Translations under genes and position numbers: made by a program | Shown: positions 1 to 11,351 of the stretch, one piece after another | Position numbering within the stretch: position 1 is the first letter of the stretch | Layout of the letters: each line of letters starts with the position of its first letter | NCBI RefSeq assembly: GCF_902459465.1 | Contig: NC_047077.1 | Location: 8,184,001 to 8,248,000 of the forward strand | From: Asterias rubens | Lineage: Eukaryota | Reading direction: 5' to 3' | DNA: 64,000 bases | The notes under the pieces: model-generated | The model's database searches: none | Told to the model about the DNA's origin: nothing | Seen by the model: the letters and a program-made list of their open reading frames with translations, nothing else

Positions 1-10
1 AAAACATACG

Positions 11-86
11 GCTAGTCCTAAGTTAGGACAAGTAACTAGTCCTAACTTGAGATAAGACTAGTCTTAACTCGTTGTGAAATCCACCC
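11..86. mobile_element. Right part of a CWG-target MITE (family H2)
   Basis: Ends gtgaaatccaccc followed by CTG; homologous to 45230-45353 and 59607-59693. Confidence 0.7.
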
Positions 87-444
87 CTGGAATTTCATTG
101 TCGCAAGGCCTGCACATTGCCTTTGTTATTTTTTATTCACGGGTACAAACGGAATTCAAATTAGCTGGAGCAGTGCTATTTCTAAGGGTTTTTGAGAAGA
201 AACACAATTTTTAGGACACAATTTGAGGGAAAAAGCATACCTGTTGAGGTCAGGGGAAACAAAATCAGGAATATCACAGTGAAAAAAGTCAGACGTTTGA
301 TTTGAATCAGAAAGTTGCATCTCTGAAGTGAGCAAAAACAACGGTTTACTATATTTTTGAAGTGGGGGCACAAGTGCAGAAGTTTGAAAATTTGAACTTA
401 ACTGTTCCTAAAGGTATATTCATTTTGTTTGTTTACCCATTACA

Positions 445-718
445 CTGATGTGTGTTAGCACTGCATACTCAGTACTTTTGAAAACAAAATAACAGGCATC
501 ACCTCGGGTGGGATTTGAACCCACGACCCTTGCCATTCTAGAGCAGTGTCTTACCAACTAGACCACAAAGAATGCGCGTTGGCTAGAGGCAGTTCGAATC
601 CTATGTTTTAGCAGCAGGTACTGTAAACGATTTAATAGATGTTAAATTTACATCAAGGATAAAGAATACTCATTATTTGTTTTTTTACCCATATACACCG
701 ATGTGTGTTAGCACAGTT
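445..718 (-). mobile_element. tRNA-derived SINE-like repeat (family T1), rearranged copy
   Basis: Matches copies at 1115-1296, 2195-2390 and 12672-12886; A-box and B-box on the minus strand. Confidence 0.75.
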
Positions 719-720
719 TA

Positions 721-885
721 CTCTAAAAGGTTGTTGGTATTGAATTGTCAGGGTATAGACATGACAGGGAATCATCCTGTGCTCCTGTAGAGCTGTGGTG
801 GATTCAACATCACCATTAAAGTTTCAGTGTATCTAGACTTGTATTCATCCACCACCTTGGTGGCATTCTGGCCGTTAACATAGAG
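721..885 (+). pseudogene. Degenerate tandem duplicate of the PREP exon at 942-1090 plus its acceptor
   Basis: 190-bp offset copy of 911-1070; acceptor AG kept at 750-751, in-frame TAG at 788-790, small deletions, truncated before the donor. Confidence 0.85.
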
Positions 886-941
886 TGTTGAGAATTTGAA
901 CTTAACTGTTACTAAAAGGTTGTTGATATTGTTATTGTCAG

Positions 942-3900
942 GGTATAGAGATGACAGGGAATCACCCTGTGCTCCTGTACGGCTATGGTGGATTCAACAT
1001 CTCCATCACACCAAGTTTCAGTGTATCTAGACTTGTATTCATCCACCATCTTGGTGGCATTCTGGCCGTTGCAAATATACGTGGAGGCGGGTAAGAGCAA
1101 CTAGTTTTCATCATAGTAGATGTTTAATTTGCAACGAGGATAAAGAATATTAATCTTGGTTTTACATGTACCCTTGCACCACACCAATGTGTGTAAGCTC
1201 TGTATACAGTACTCGGTACTTTCCCAAGTTCTGTGAAAACAAATCACAGGCATATTACTTGGGTGGGATTCGAACCCATGACCCTTGCAATTCTAGTTTC
1301 ACCCTTTGGTTTACTTAATGTCGATGTTCTGTTTCTTATTTGATGTTTGAAGCTTTGTGCTCTGTTAAGAGATGGTAACTGTACTTGTAATTCATAACTT
1401 ATTTATATATTTATAATTTATACATTAGTTTTATCTGTTATTCTCTATTATGCTAGTGAACTTGCTGGTACAACCATGTGCAAATCTTATGTGGGAGAAT
1501 TTTTTCTAAGGGTGGAGGAAATTCATTGTGACAGCAGTTTTGAAATTAAGGAGTGAGGGCTAAAAAAGAAATGGGTGGGTTTATAAACCTTTTAATGGAA
1601 TTTTGGCCTTAAATATTGATTATTTACCCTTGAATTTCATAATGTACATACACCAGCGCTGACCCATGCGTGTTGCACTCACAATCAGCCTGTCCACTTC
1701 AGTTCAACGTGCACATAACTAAGAACAATGGAGGCAGGTCTGCTGCCACCTTGCATCCAAAAAGTACCCCTTAACAACTATTTGAAATGCTTGCCTTCAT
1801 CAGAGAGTACGGGGAGACATGGCACAAAGATGGTATGCTTGGCAATAAACAGAACGTGTTTGATGACTTCCAGTACGCTGCAGAATATCTGATCAAGAAT
1901 AAGTACACCAATGCTAAAAGGTAATCATCGCGCTAAATAGATTGGCAATAGAGGCAATCGCCTCCATGCTATGGCGATTGTCTTGGTGCAACTTGAAATG
2001 TTCCAGTAGAACAGTCTAATTTCCCAATAAGAATTGCCCTTTGTTTAGAAAAAACTGCCTTGCCTTTTAGAAGAACAAAGTATCAGGTCTGGGGATGCTT
2101 GTCCTTCTCCATTTGCTGCAAAAGGGTTCAGAGGCAACAGGATGATTTGGGGAAAAGTCAAATATTGAACCCATTTTAAACCAATGTTATGAATGTTATT
2201 AGCACTTAAATGTTGGTTTTTACTCAGACACCGATGTGTGTTAGCACTGTATGCTCAGTACTTTCCTGAGTCCTGTGAAAAAATATCACAGGCATGTTAC
2301 TCGGGTGGGATTCGAACCCAAGACCCTTGCAATTCTAGAGCAGTGTCTTACCAACTAGACTACCGCGGTTGCCCGGTAGCTAGAGGCAGTAGAATCAATT
2401 AATATTGCTATTTTTGTAATTACCTCCCTACAGAATAGCTATTAATGGCGGATCCAACGGAGGTTTGCTGGTTGCAGCGTGTGCCAATCAGCGCCCAGAT
2501 TTATTTGGATGTGTCATCAACCAAGTTGGGTAAGGAAACACAATCAGAAAGCAATTCAATGTTTTGGATTGAAATAAACTTTTCAAGTGCAATTTTGTTG
2601 AGGACATTGGTTCTCTTCAGTCCACCTATGAGAATTTCAGACTTTTATCTGAATTCAGAAATGTTTACGTCTCCCTTGCACCTGTCATCCTGTTGAAAAA
2701 GGATGGCTGTTATTTTCTATACAAGTAGGTGTATAGAATGCTCTAAGATCTACTTCCCTAGCCCTGAAAATTCTGCTTCCAGAAGCGTCTTAATAACTCC
2801 AGGAAATATAAGGAGTACATGGCCGAGTGGTTTAGAGCATTAAACTCAAGTTCTGGTGGTCAAGTCATCAGGGTGTGGGTTCCAATCCTAGTCATGAGCA
2901 TTAAACTCAAGTTCTGGTGGTCAAGTCATCAGGGTGTGGATTCCAATCCTAGTCATGAGCATTAAACTCAAGTTCTGGTGGTCAAGTCATCAAGGTGTGG
3001 GTTCCAATCCTAGTCATGAGCATTAAATTCAAGTTCTGGTGGTCAAGTCATCAGGGTGTGGGTTCCAATCCTAGTCATGAGCATTAAATTCAAGTTCTGG
3101 TGGTCAAGTCATCAGGGTGTGGGTTCCAATCCTAGTCATGACACTTGTATCCTTGAGAAAGATACTTAACTAAAATTGCTTCACTTACCCAAGAGGTAAA
3201 TTTACCTGCAAGGTTGATGATGTGTTTGAAAAAGCCTTTGGAGCGCCAGGGCAGCCCGGGGCTGGCCACGGCAGCCCGGGGCTGTCAAAAGGTGTCATCA
3301 AAAGGTGGCAATCTTTGGATTGAGTTTTCAGTCTTTTTCCCCCATAAGGGTTTTCCCCCTACATCTGAAACTGAACAATTTGTCTTGTTTCCTTATCATC
3401 CTGTCATTATTACTAAGTATACTGTTTAAATGTGTAATAGCATTTAAATTAACTAGTTGTTTAATTAATCTATTCCAATATTTTTCTAAGATTTTGTTTG
3501 CGTTAGCACCATGTGTAAATCTCATTTGAGTAGTGTTGGTTCTGAGAAGAACCAGTGATTCAAGTATGTTCTGAGCGTCTTCAAAATGTTTGGGTTTTTT
3601 TGTGACAGGGTCCTGGACATGCTGAAGTTTCATAAATTTACCATCGGTCATGCCTGGACGACAGACTATGGCTGTGCTGACAAGAAGGAGGAATTTGATT
3701 GGCTAATCCAGTAAGACTCAAATCTTGTACTAGTTAAATAATCATAGGCTAAGAACTTCTGAACCCGTTTATGATAGGGTTTGGATACTTCTTTTACGAC
3801 AAATATTAAAAACGTCTACAGATTTACATTAAACTTACAAAGTTTGAAGATAATGTTGATAGAAAGCTTTTCATAAAATATTCTTTGCTGAAGAGATGTA

Positions 3901-6900
3901 GATTTTGAGAAAAAATTAGTAAAACAATTTCACACAGAAAATGTTTGTCTCATTGAGACAACAATTATTGTAATATGTACAACGGATGTACGGCTACTCC
4001 TAAAAACATTCCTTTGTGATTTTCTTTTTCTTTTTTTTTTCCTCAAAAAATTTGACGACTAATGAAGCTGAAACTTCTAAAGGTGATTTATAATTTGTGA
4101 CCCGCTACGTGAAAATGAGTCAGATGTTGACAATTTCAAGAATTGAGTTATACATGTATGTATGGCTGGAAAGAACACACCAACAGCAGTAGTTTGGTAT
4201 ATGTCTAAGCTTCGGGGTGTATCGCGTTGCTGAGTTACTTCCGTTTGAAATTAGCCAATACATCATTTTTTCTGAAAAACGAATTACAAGTAAAGTGATG
4301 TTTTAAACTACCATTTCGCGCAAAAGGATACAAATTAGACATAAGTATGATCACAAAATTGTTGTTTTCATAGCTTATTGCCTAAAAGCAAGTGTACTAA
4401 AGGTTAACCATGCAAATATATCTTAAAAAGTGTAATATAAAAAAAATGACATCTGACTCACTTTCGCGTAGCGGGTCACATTTTACAAACATCTTCATTC
4501 ACAGTGAGTAGGGATTCAACCCATGGCCAAACACTTGATCTACAAAAGGTAGCAAAACCCTTTAAGCAAATGCCTGACCTACATTGTGCAGTCTTTGGTA
4601 GATTAGCTATTCCATCAAATTTGTTCCCCACTATTTAAGTATGAAGAAGTGCAATGCTTGAAAGCGCTTTGAGACGCCCTTCGGTTGTGTTAAGCACTAT
4701 ATAAAAACTGGGTATTATTTAGCTAACAAAAGTGTTACTTATTTGGTTCTATAGGTACTCGCCTCTACACAATATTAAAGTTCCATATGATGGTGACGTA
4801 CAGTATCCGAGTACGATGCTTCTAACTGGAGACCATGATGACCGGGTCGTTCCTCTACACTCTCTCAAGTACATTGCTAATCTACAGCATATTATGGGAG
4901 CTGTTGGGAAGCAGACCAACCCACTGTTTATACGGGTAGACACTAAATCAGGACATGGCGCTGGCAAGCCGACTGCAAAAGTGGTAAGTCAAGAATAGAA
5001 TCAAAGCAGGCATGATATTTGTAGTAACTTGCAAAGTATCTTTTGGTTATAATGGTTTGTTATTGCTTAGTTTTGTTACTGTTTACAAGATGGCTGATGT
5101 GAGGATAATCATTGATAAATAAAGCTCATTCAACTCAGTAAATAATTGTCTCAACGACTGGTTATAACAATATTTGTCCCTTGAAAAAAGTAGGAACCTT
5201 TTATTGTACAAGGGCTGACCCATATTCACATTTGCATATCGAACAGGATTTTATAGACTTTTCATGCTATTTAAAAAACCACTTTGCTGATCTAAACTAA
5301 GCAAAAACAATATCATGTGAAAGTAAGTGCTTTCCATGCCTACTATTTCACTGAGGCAAATTGCTGTTAATCACTCGGTGCACCCTGGGGTTCATTGCCT
5401 TGGTGCCCTTTGAAATTATCCACTAGAATTAAAATTACCCTCGTAGAAGTGCCCTTTAGCAAGGAACTGCTACCTTGCCCCTAAAGGAATAAAAGATCAG
5501 GCCTGGCTTTCCAGCTCTAATAAAATCTTGAGAATTTACCTGATCAACTTTTGCAAGTGTCATAATCACAGAGTACATTCAATGACCAGTGATTCGTTTA
5601 ATACCTTAAGCAGGGGATTCCATTCAATTCACAGAGTACATTCATTGACCAGTGATTCGTTTAATACCTTAAGCAGGGGATTCCATTCATTGACCAGTGA
5701 TTCGTTTAATACCTTAAGCAGGGGATTCCATTCAATTCACAGAGTACATTCATTGACCAGTGATTCATTTAATACCTTAAGCAGGGGATTCCATTCATTG
5801 ACCAGTGATTCGTTTAATACCTTAAGCAGGGGATTCCATTCATTGACCAGTGATTCGTTTAATACCTTAAGCAGGGGATTCCATTCAATTCACAGAGTAC
5901 ATTCATTGACCAGTGATTCATTTAATACCTTAAGCAGGGGATTCCATTCATTGACCAGTGATTCGTTTAATACCTTAAGCAGGGGATTCCATTCATTGAC
6001 CAGTGATTCGTTTAATACCTTAAGCAGGGGATTCCATTCAATTCACAGAGTACATTCATTGACCAGTGATTCATTTAATACCTTAAGCAGGGGATTCCAT
6101 TCATTGACCAGTGATTCATTTAATACCTTAAGCAGGGGATTCCATTCATTGACCAGTGATTCGTTTAATACCTTAAGCAGGGGATTCCATTCAATTCACA
6201 GAGTACATTCATTGACCAGTGATTCGTTTAATACCTTAAGCAGGGGATTCCATTCAATTCACAGAGTACATTCATTGACCAGTGATTCGTTTAATACCTT
6301 AAGCAGGGGATTCCATTCAATTCACAGAGTACATTCATTGACCAGTGATTCGTTTAATACCTTAAGCAGGGGATTCCATTCAATGACCAGTGATTCGTTT
6401 AATACCTTAAGCAGGGGATTCCATTCAATTCAAGTCAACATTTATCTCATACTACTCTTCTCAAGATATAACGTATACAAAATATTACAAAGATAAGCAA
6501 AATAATAAGCACAGAGGATGTAGAGAAAATAGTTAATCTATGTCAACCAAAATAAAGAGAATATGAGGCTGTCAGATAAACCCAAGGCTTGTAAAAGACA
6601 GCCTCTCTAGACTTCAATCAAGGAGACAAGACATACATGTACAGGGAACAAGAAGAAGAAGAAAAAACCAGACCGGTTGCTATGAGAGAAATATGTATAA
6701 ACAGGCAGGGCTAAAGCAAATGGCTGATGACCTAATGTACATGTAGGAGCTGGACTGACTATTAAAGAGAATGATACCAGAATGATGCAGATTTCATGTT
6801 TCTTGAGTGGATTATTTTCCTTTATGAAATCTGACATTGTGTTTAACATGTTCTTCTCTTCCAGATTGAGGAATACTCCGATATCTATGCATTCATCGCA

Positions 6901-6930
6901 GAAACACTTGGGATTCAGTGGCAAGAATAA
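942..6930 (+). CDS. PREP: Prolyl endopeptidase (prolyl oligopeptidase, peptidase S9A), 3' six coding exons; 5' part lies upstream of the window
   Basis: Exons 942-1090, 1804-1920, 2434-2529, 3609-3710, 4755-4983, 6865-6930, all AG/GT bounded with matching phases. Spliced product [60 protein letters not shown]...GGSNGGLL...[11 protein letters not shown]...[32 protein letters not shown] contains the S9A catalytic Ser (GGSNGG), Asp (DHDDRV) and His (GHGAG). Confidence 0.97.
2195..2390 (-). mobile_element. tRNA-derived SINE-like repeat (family T1)
   Basis: Near-identical reverse complement of 12672-12886. Confidence 0.8.
2818..3200 (+). mobile_element. tRNA-derived SINE (family T2) with internally amplified head
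   Basis: A-box TGGCCGAGTGG, B-box-like GGTTCCAATCC, body gacacttgtatccttgagaaagatacttaac; related copies at about 53455-53545 (-) and 59425-59510 (+). Confidence 0.75.
2835..3141. repeat. 61-bp tandem repeat, 5 copies
   Basis: Units start at 2835, 2896, 2957, 3018, 3079; few substitutions. Confidence 0.95.
3776..4564. mobile_element. TTAA-type MITE (family K3) interrupted by a second MITE
   Basis: 3776-4092 plus 4483-4564 align to the uninterrupted copy at 19672-20018. Confidence 0.7.
4096..4480. mobile_element. MITE with about 32-bp terminal inverted repeats nested in K3
   Basis: tgtgacccgctacgtgaaaatgagtcagatgt ... acatctgactcactttcgcgtagcgggtcaca. Confidence 0.8.
5582..6427. repeat. Compound minisatellite (16 x 45-bp unit with 7 interspersed 18-bp inserts) in the last PREP intron
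   Basis: Directly visible; both modules are multiples of 3, which explains the 322-aa repeat ORF. Confidence 0.95.
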
Positions 6931-7329
6931 GATATACACGGAACTTTATCTACAACTTCAAATTACTTCAATTCTGACATAAACCAATGATGCAAAGAGA
7001 GATTATACAAACAGGTTAGGATTTGTATCATTGTTCTCCAACGGATTCTACTTGAGTTACCAATAAGGTTCTACTTAGGAAGAAACTATCAATAAACAGT
7101 AAATTTTGTACAACCATATGTAAATCTCTTTTGTGAGAGTGTGAGCGTGAGCTTTGGTGGGGTCTTGACGTTTTGAACAGTGCTCGTCTTCAACAGTTTA
7201 CTGTTTGTCTCTGCAACATACACACAAAAGACATTTCCACATGGTTGTACCCGCAAGTTCACTATTTTTTATTTATTTATAGTTTTTTCCTATTTATCCG
7301 CACCATGAAAAACTTCAAACAATACTTAA

Positions 7330-7702
7330 AGACACTGGAAACTATTGGTAATTGTCAAAGACCATTCTTCTCACTTGGTGTATAAAATAATAAACCTGTG
7401 AAAATTTGAGCTCAATTGGTCATCGAAGTTACGACATGTACGAGATAATGAAAGAAAAAAACACCCTTGTCACACAAAGTTGTGTGCTTTCAGATGCTTG
7501 ATTGCGAGACCTCAAAATCTAATTCTAAGGTCTCGATATCAAATTCGTGGAAAATTACTTCTTTCTCGAAAACTATAGGTTACTTCTGATAGAGCCATTT
7601 CTCACAATGTTTTATACTATCAATAGCTCCCCATTACTCGTTACCAAGTAAGGTTTTATGCTAATAATTATTTTGAGTTATTACCAATAGTGTCCACTGC
7701 CT
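7330..7702. mobile_element. Kolobok-like MITE family K1 (AG...CT ends, TTAA target duplication)
   Basis: TTAA at 7326-7329 and 7703-7706; TIR agacactggaaactattggtaat / attaccaatagtgtccactgcct. Confidence 0.85.
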
Positions 7703-8556
7703 TTAAGGTTCTACTTACATGTATGACAGGCATGTGACTTCTCAGGAATCTTCCTGATTTCAGGATCTTTTCAAAATCTGGCAGCGTTATTTAGAATTTT
7801 CTTGAGAAGTTACAAAGCAGTGCCCAAGGGGTCAAAAACTTAGTCCACAGTGTGTCTAGACATGATGTTTTGTATGGATGGACCATCCATGGTGATGCAC
7901 AGAGTCTAAAACCTCATGAATTGAAACTTCTGGGAGGTTCTGGTTCTAGAATAAGTAGGAACACAGTAAGCCATTTTGCATGAATGATTACATTCTTATC
8001 TCATACCTAGTTTTAACTGCTCTTTTTTATACGATTTGTATTTCTTATTTTTTCACTCTTGTTTTGTACATTTTGTTTCATCAAAAAAGTTCCGTAAACG
8101 TTTAATTCAAATCCATTAAAAGTTCAATGCAAAAATATATTATGCATAACTAATAGTAAAAGTTACAAAAGTTTTATCTGAAATCACAGATTAATTTAAT
8201 TTTGAAAATGGCGAATAACAGCCTTTCTTCAACTTGTTAGATGAGCTTGAATTGTTATTTGTTGACACCAGCAATATCCTGGGCCAATAGAGCAGCCCGA
8301 TTGTTTAAAACTGTGTATTGGTCTATTTATAACGTATTTGTATTGGATACAAGACACCACATGACGACCTTACAACGACCTTTGTGAAATTTCCAAGTCA
8401 AAGTCCTCTATGAGTTTGTGTTTGCTTGGACTGCAGTCATTGGTTCAAGAATTTTTGTTTGAATATTCCAATAGTTAAAAGCTTTAAGTTCACGGTATTA
8501 AGTCACATGGTACTGTTTGGTTTACACCCATGATTAGGACACTTTAACTGTTTAAA

Positions 8557-8935
8557 GGCATTGGATACTCTTGGTACTTGTCAAAGACCAGTATTATCAC
8601 AAAATAACAAATCCGTGTAAATTTTTACTCACTTTGTCATCAAAGTTGCAAGAGAATAATGAAAGTAAAAACACCCGCGTGCACAAATTTGTGTGCTTTC
8701 AGATGCCTAAAAAGAGGCTGCAGCCGTCGATTTCATCAAACTCTTCCTAACTTAGGATTAATCTTAGGACTTAGGACGGGTTCAGTTCCGTATCCAAATA
8801 CGTAGGACCAGTGAACTCATCCTAAGTTAGGACGGGTTACTCTTCCTAACTCGAGATAGGATTGATCCTAGCGTTTCGTGAAATCGACTGCAGGCCTGAA
8901 GTCTTTTGATATTTGAGTGAGAAATTACTACTCTG
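8557..8935. mobile_element. K1-related MITE fragment interrupted by a CWG-target MITE (8724-8890)
   Basis: K1 sequence resumes (gcctgaagtcttttgatatttgagtgag) after the insert; CAG on both sides of the insert. Confidence 0.7.
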
Positions 8936-9045
8936 CAGTATGACGAATGAGGCCTGAAAACTCATTATTACTAAGGTCAATGAAGGTAGTGAAGTTCAAT
9001 TGTACGTGTAACTAAATTGTACGACACTGGAAAGCAACACTCCAG

Positions 9046-9239
9046 GGACCAATGTCATAGAGCTTCTAAGCAGAAAATATTGTATACAACTTTCTTCTAT
9101 GCAGAAAGGAGCAGGATGCCAGTCACAAATTGTATATGTCACATGCTATTTTGGCTGGTAACCATACTCCGGTAAGCATAGTTATTTAGAGCTTGGGTTC
9201 TTTTTGTGCTTTAATTAAACAGCTCTATGAAATCGGGCC
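9046..9239. mobile_element. Harbinger-like MITE family H1 (ggNccaatttcatagagctgct TIR, CWG target duplication)
   Basis: CAG at 9043-9045 and 9240-9242; further copies near 9858-10040, 26008-26232, 46601, 47143-47519, 59276-59415. Confidence 0.75.
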
Positions 9240-11351
9240 CAGCATAAAAGAGCACTTTTTTATGGCTTTTAATCTCGCATTTGGACACGAGCAAGTGCAG
9301 AACATGAAATTTAGAAATTAATTGACATATCAAATTTAACTACTACCAGTATGTAAGTACCTCATCAATCAGGCGTTTCAGTTTCCAATATGTCTGCCAT
9401 GCATGACCAAGGTTCATCAATATCAAAAAGACTTTTCAGTTAATTATTCATAAGAACTCTCAGGGTATGTATTAACCACTGTCTTCAAATCAACTGTTAA
9501 GGTATTCAGGCTTTGTGTTTTAACTCTTATAGAACGTTTCCCAAGACTCTCCATTGGAGTTAAAACTTCAGGTTTTATTTATACCCAAGACACAGGGCCC
9601 ATGTACATGTATGCAAGTACATCATGCATCACACTAGCATTCCAGCTTCCAATAATGTCTGACATGGTTCAAAGACCAGTCGGTTAATTATTCATAAGAA
9701 CTACAATGTATCAGGGTATGCAATAACCACCTGTCTTCAAGTCAACTGTAAAGGTATTCAGGCTTCATGATTTAACCTGTGCGGTATGTTTTTCAAAAAG
9801 CTACAAAGACGAAGACTCTTGTAGAGTTGAAGTGTCACGTTTTATTTATACCCCAGGGCCTAATTTCATAGAGCTGCTTAAGCACAAGAAGTAGCTACGT
9901 AAGCACAGCAAAATTATGCTTACCAGAATGGTTACCAGCCAAACTACCATGTCAAGTGTACAATTTGTGACTGGTACCCTGCTCGTTTCTGCTTAGCAGA
10001 TAATTGTTTAGCAATATATTCTGCTTAAACAGCTCTATGAAAAGTTTGATAAATAGTTTATGCTTGCTAGTTTTTTCCTTTTTTTTATAGGTACATGTAC
10101 AAGGAAAATAGGTAATACTTCAAGATGAGACATTTTGGTTTTCATTAATACACTACTTTTACTTAAACCTAATCAGGGATCTATCCAAAATTAAAAGAAA
10201 AAGTATCAAAATATTGAAAAACAGGGAGTCCCTTCTGCCAAAGAAAATACTGTCAAAGTAGCAGAAAGGTTTACCCAGTTGATGTAGTCTTCGTTTATTA
10301 TTTGCAAAAACTGTTAATTGGCCGGACATCTTGACCTCAGAAGAGTCTTTCTCGGTTTCAGTTCCACTGTTATTAAAATAATTAATAATCGTGTCATAAA
10401 CATGTCTGGACAAAGTCTGTCTCTATCTAATAAATGCCTTAAAGTCGGTACTCTTTGTAAATGACCTTGTTTCGGGGCTAATTACTTTGTTTACGTAGTC
10501 AGTATACCAGCATATTTTGGGTTGACTTTATTTTTGAGTACGTGAAAGTAATGTATTCAGATTAGATGATTGTTTTCCCCTGGTTCTGCCATTATTGTTT
10601 ACAGAGGATTTCTTTGTTTTCGTTTTTCTTATGCGCACCTTAGATGCACACAGACCATCATGATTTCTAAAAGGTTAGATAATTGTGGAAAATCGTTACT
10701 CAGTTACTTTAATACCAAATTAGTATTTCACTTGATAACGCCAAAACCATAGTTGCCATTGCCAGTGTTGTACCTTACAGGCGCAAAATGCATACTATAT
10801 GAATGTCTGGTATATGAAACCTTAATGAGGTGACATCAAGGCATCAATCATAATTGACTGCTTCTCATGTTTTATTGAAGAACCAATTGTGAGTTCACAT
10901 TGGACTGAGTTGTGGCCTGTCACCTACATTTTAATGGAATATTAGTGGAGTGAAGATTAATAGCCACTGTCGTTAATGACCTGTACATGTTTACGTGCAT
11001 CTCTGTGCGTCTCTGTGCTAATCCTGCGCAACCACCAGCAGTCAGGACTCAATAGTTATACCAGTGATCTGCAGTGGATTCTGCTCATTAATATTGAGGA
11101 GACACTAGTGAACTTATTTTGATGGGGATTCAAACCAACAGCCTGGTGTTTTCAAGTCCTGCAGTCTCTTACCTTTGCAAAAAAAGGTAAGCTTGTCATC
11201 ACCACATTGTAGCAACCAAAAAAAAACTTACCTCGAGGATCAACAGTTTTGATGTACTATGAAATAAGAATAGACCTTCTACACCAAACGCACATTTTAA
11301 AACTCATGCCCTGCCAAATCACCAAATTCAGTCCAAGAAACTTAAACCAAA

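Noticed and set aside
2835-6427. 61-bp and 45/63-bp arrays as CRISPR arrays
   Set aside because: No unique spacers, no cas genes, eukaryotic intronic context.
5528-6496. 322-aa ORF as a stand-alone gene
   Set aside because: Entirely explained by an intronic minisatellite whose units are multiples of 3; starts at TTG; no other gene features.
9380-9860. Degenerate local tandem duplication (also 64-bp x2 at 21235-21359, about 79-bp x2 at 43931-44075, about 42-bp x3 at 58420-58535)
   Set aside because: Ordinary local duplications with no coding or structural signal.
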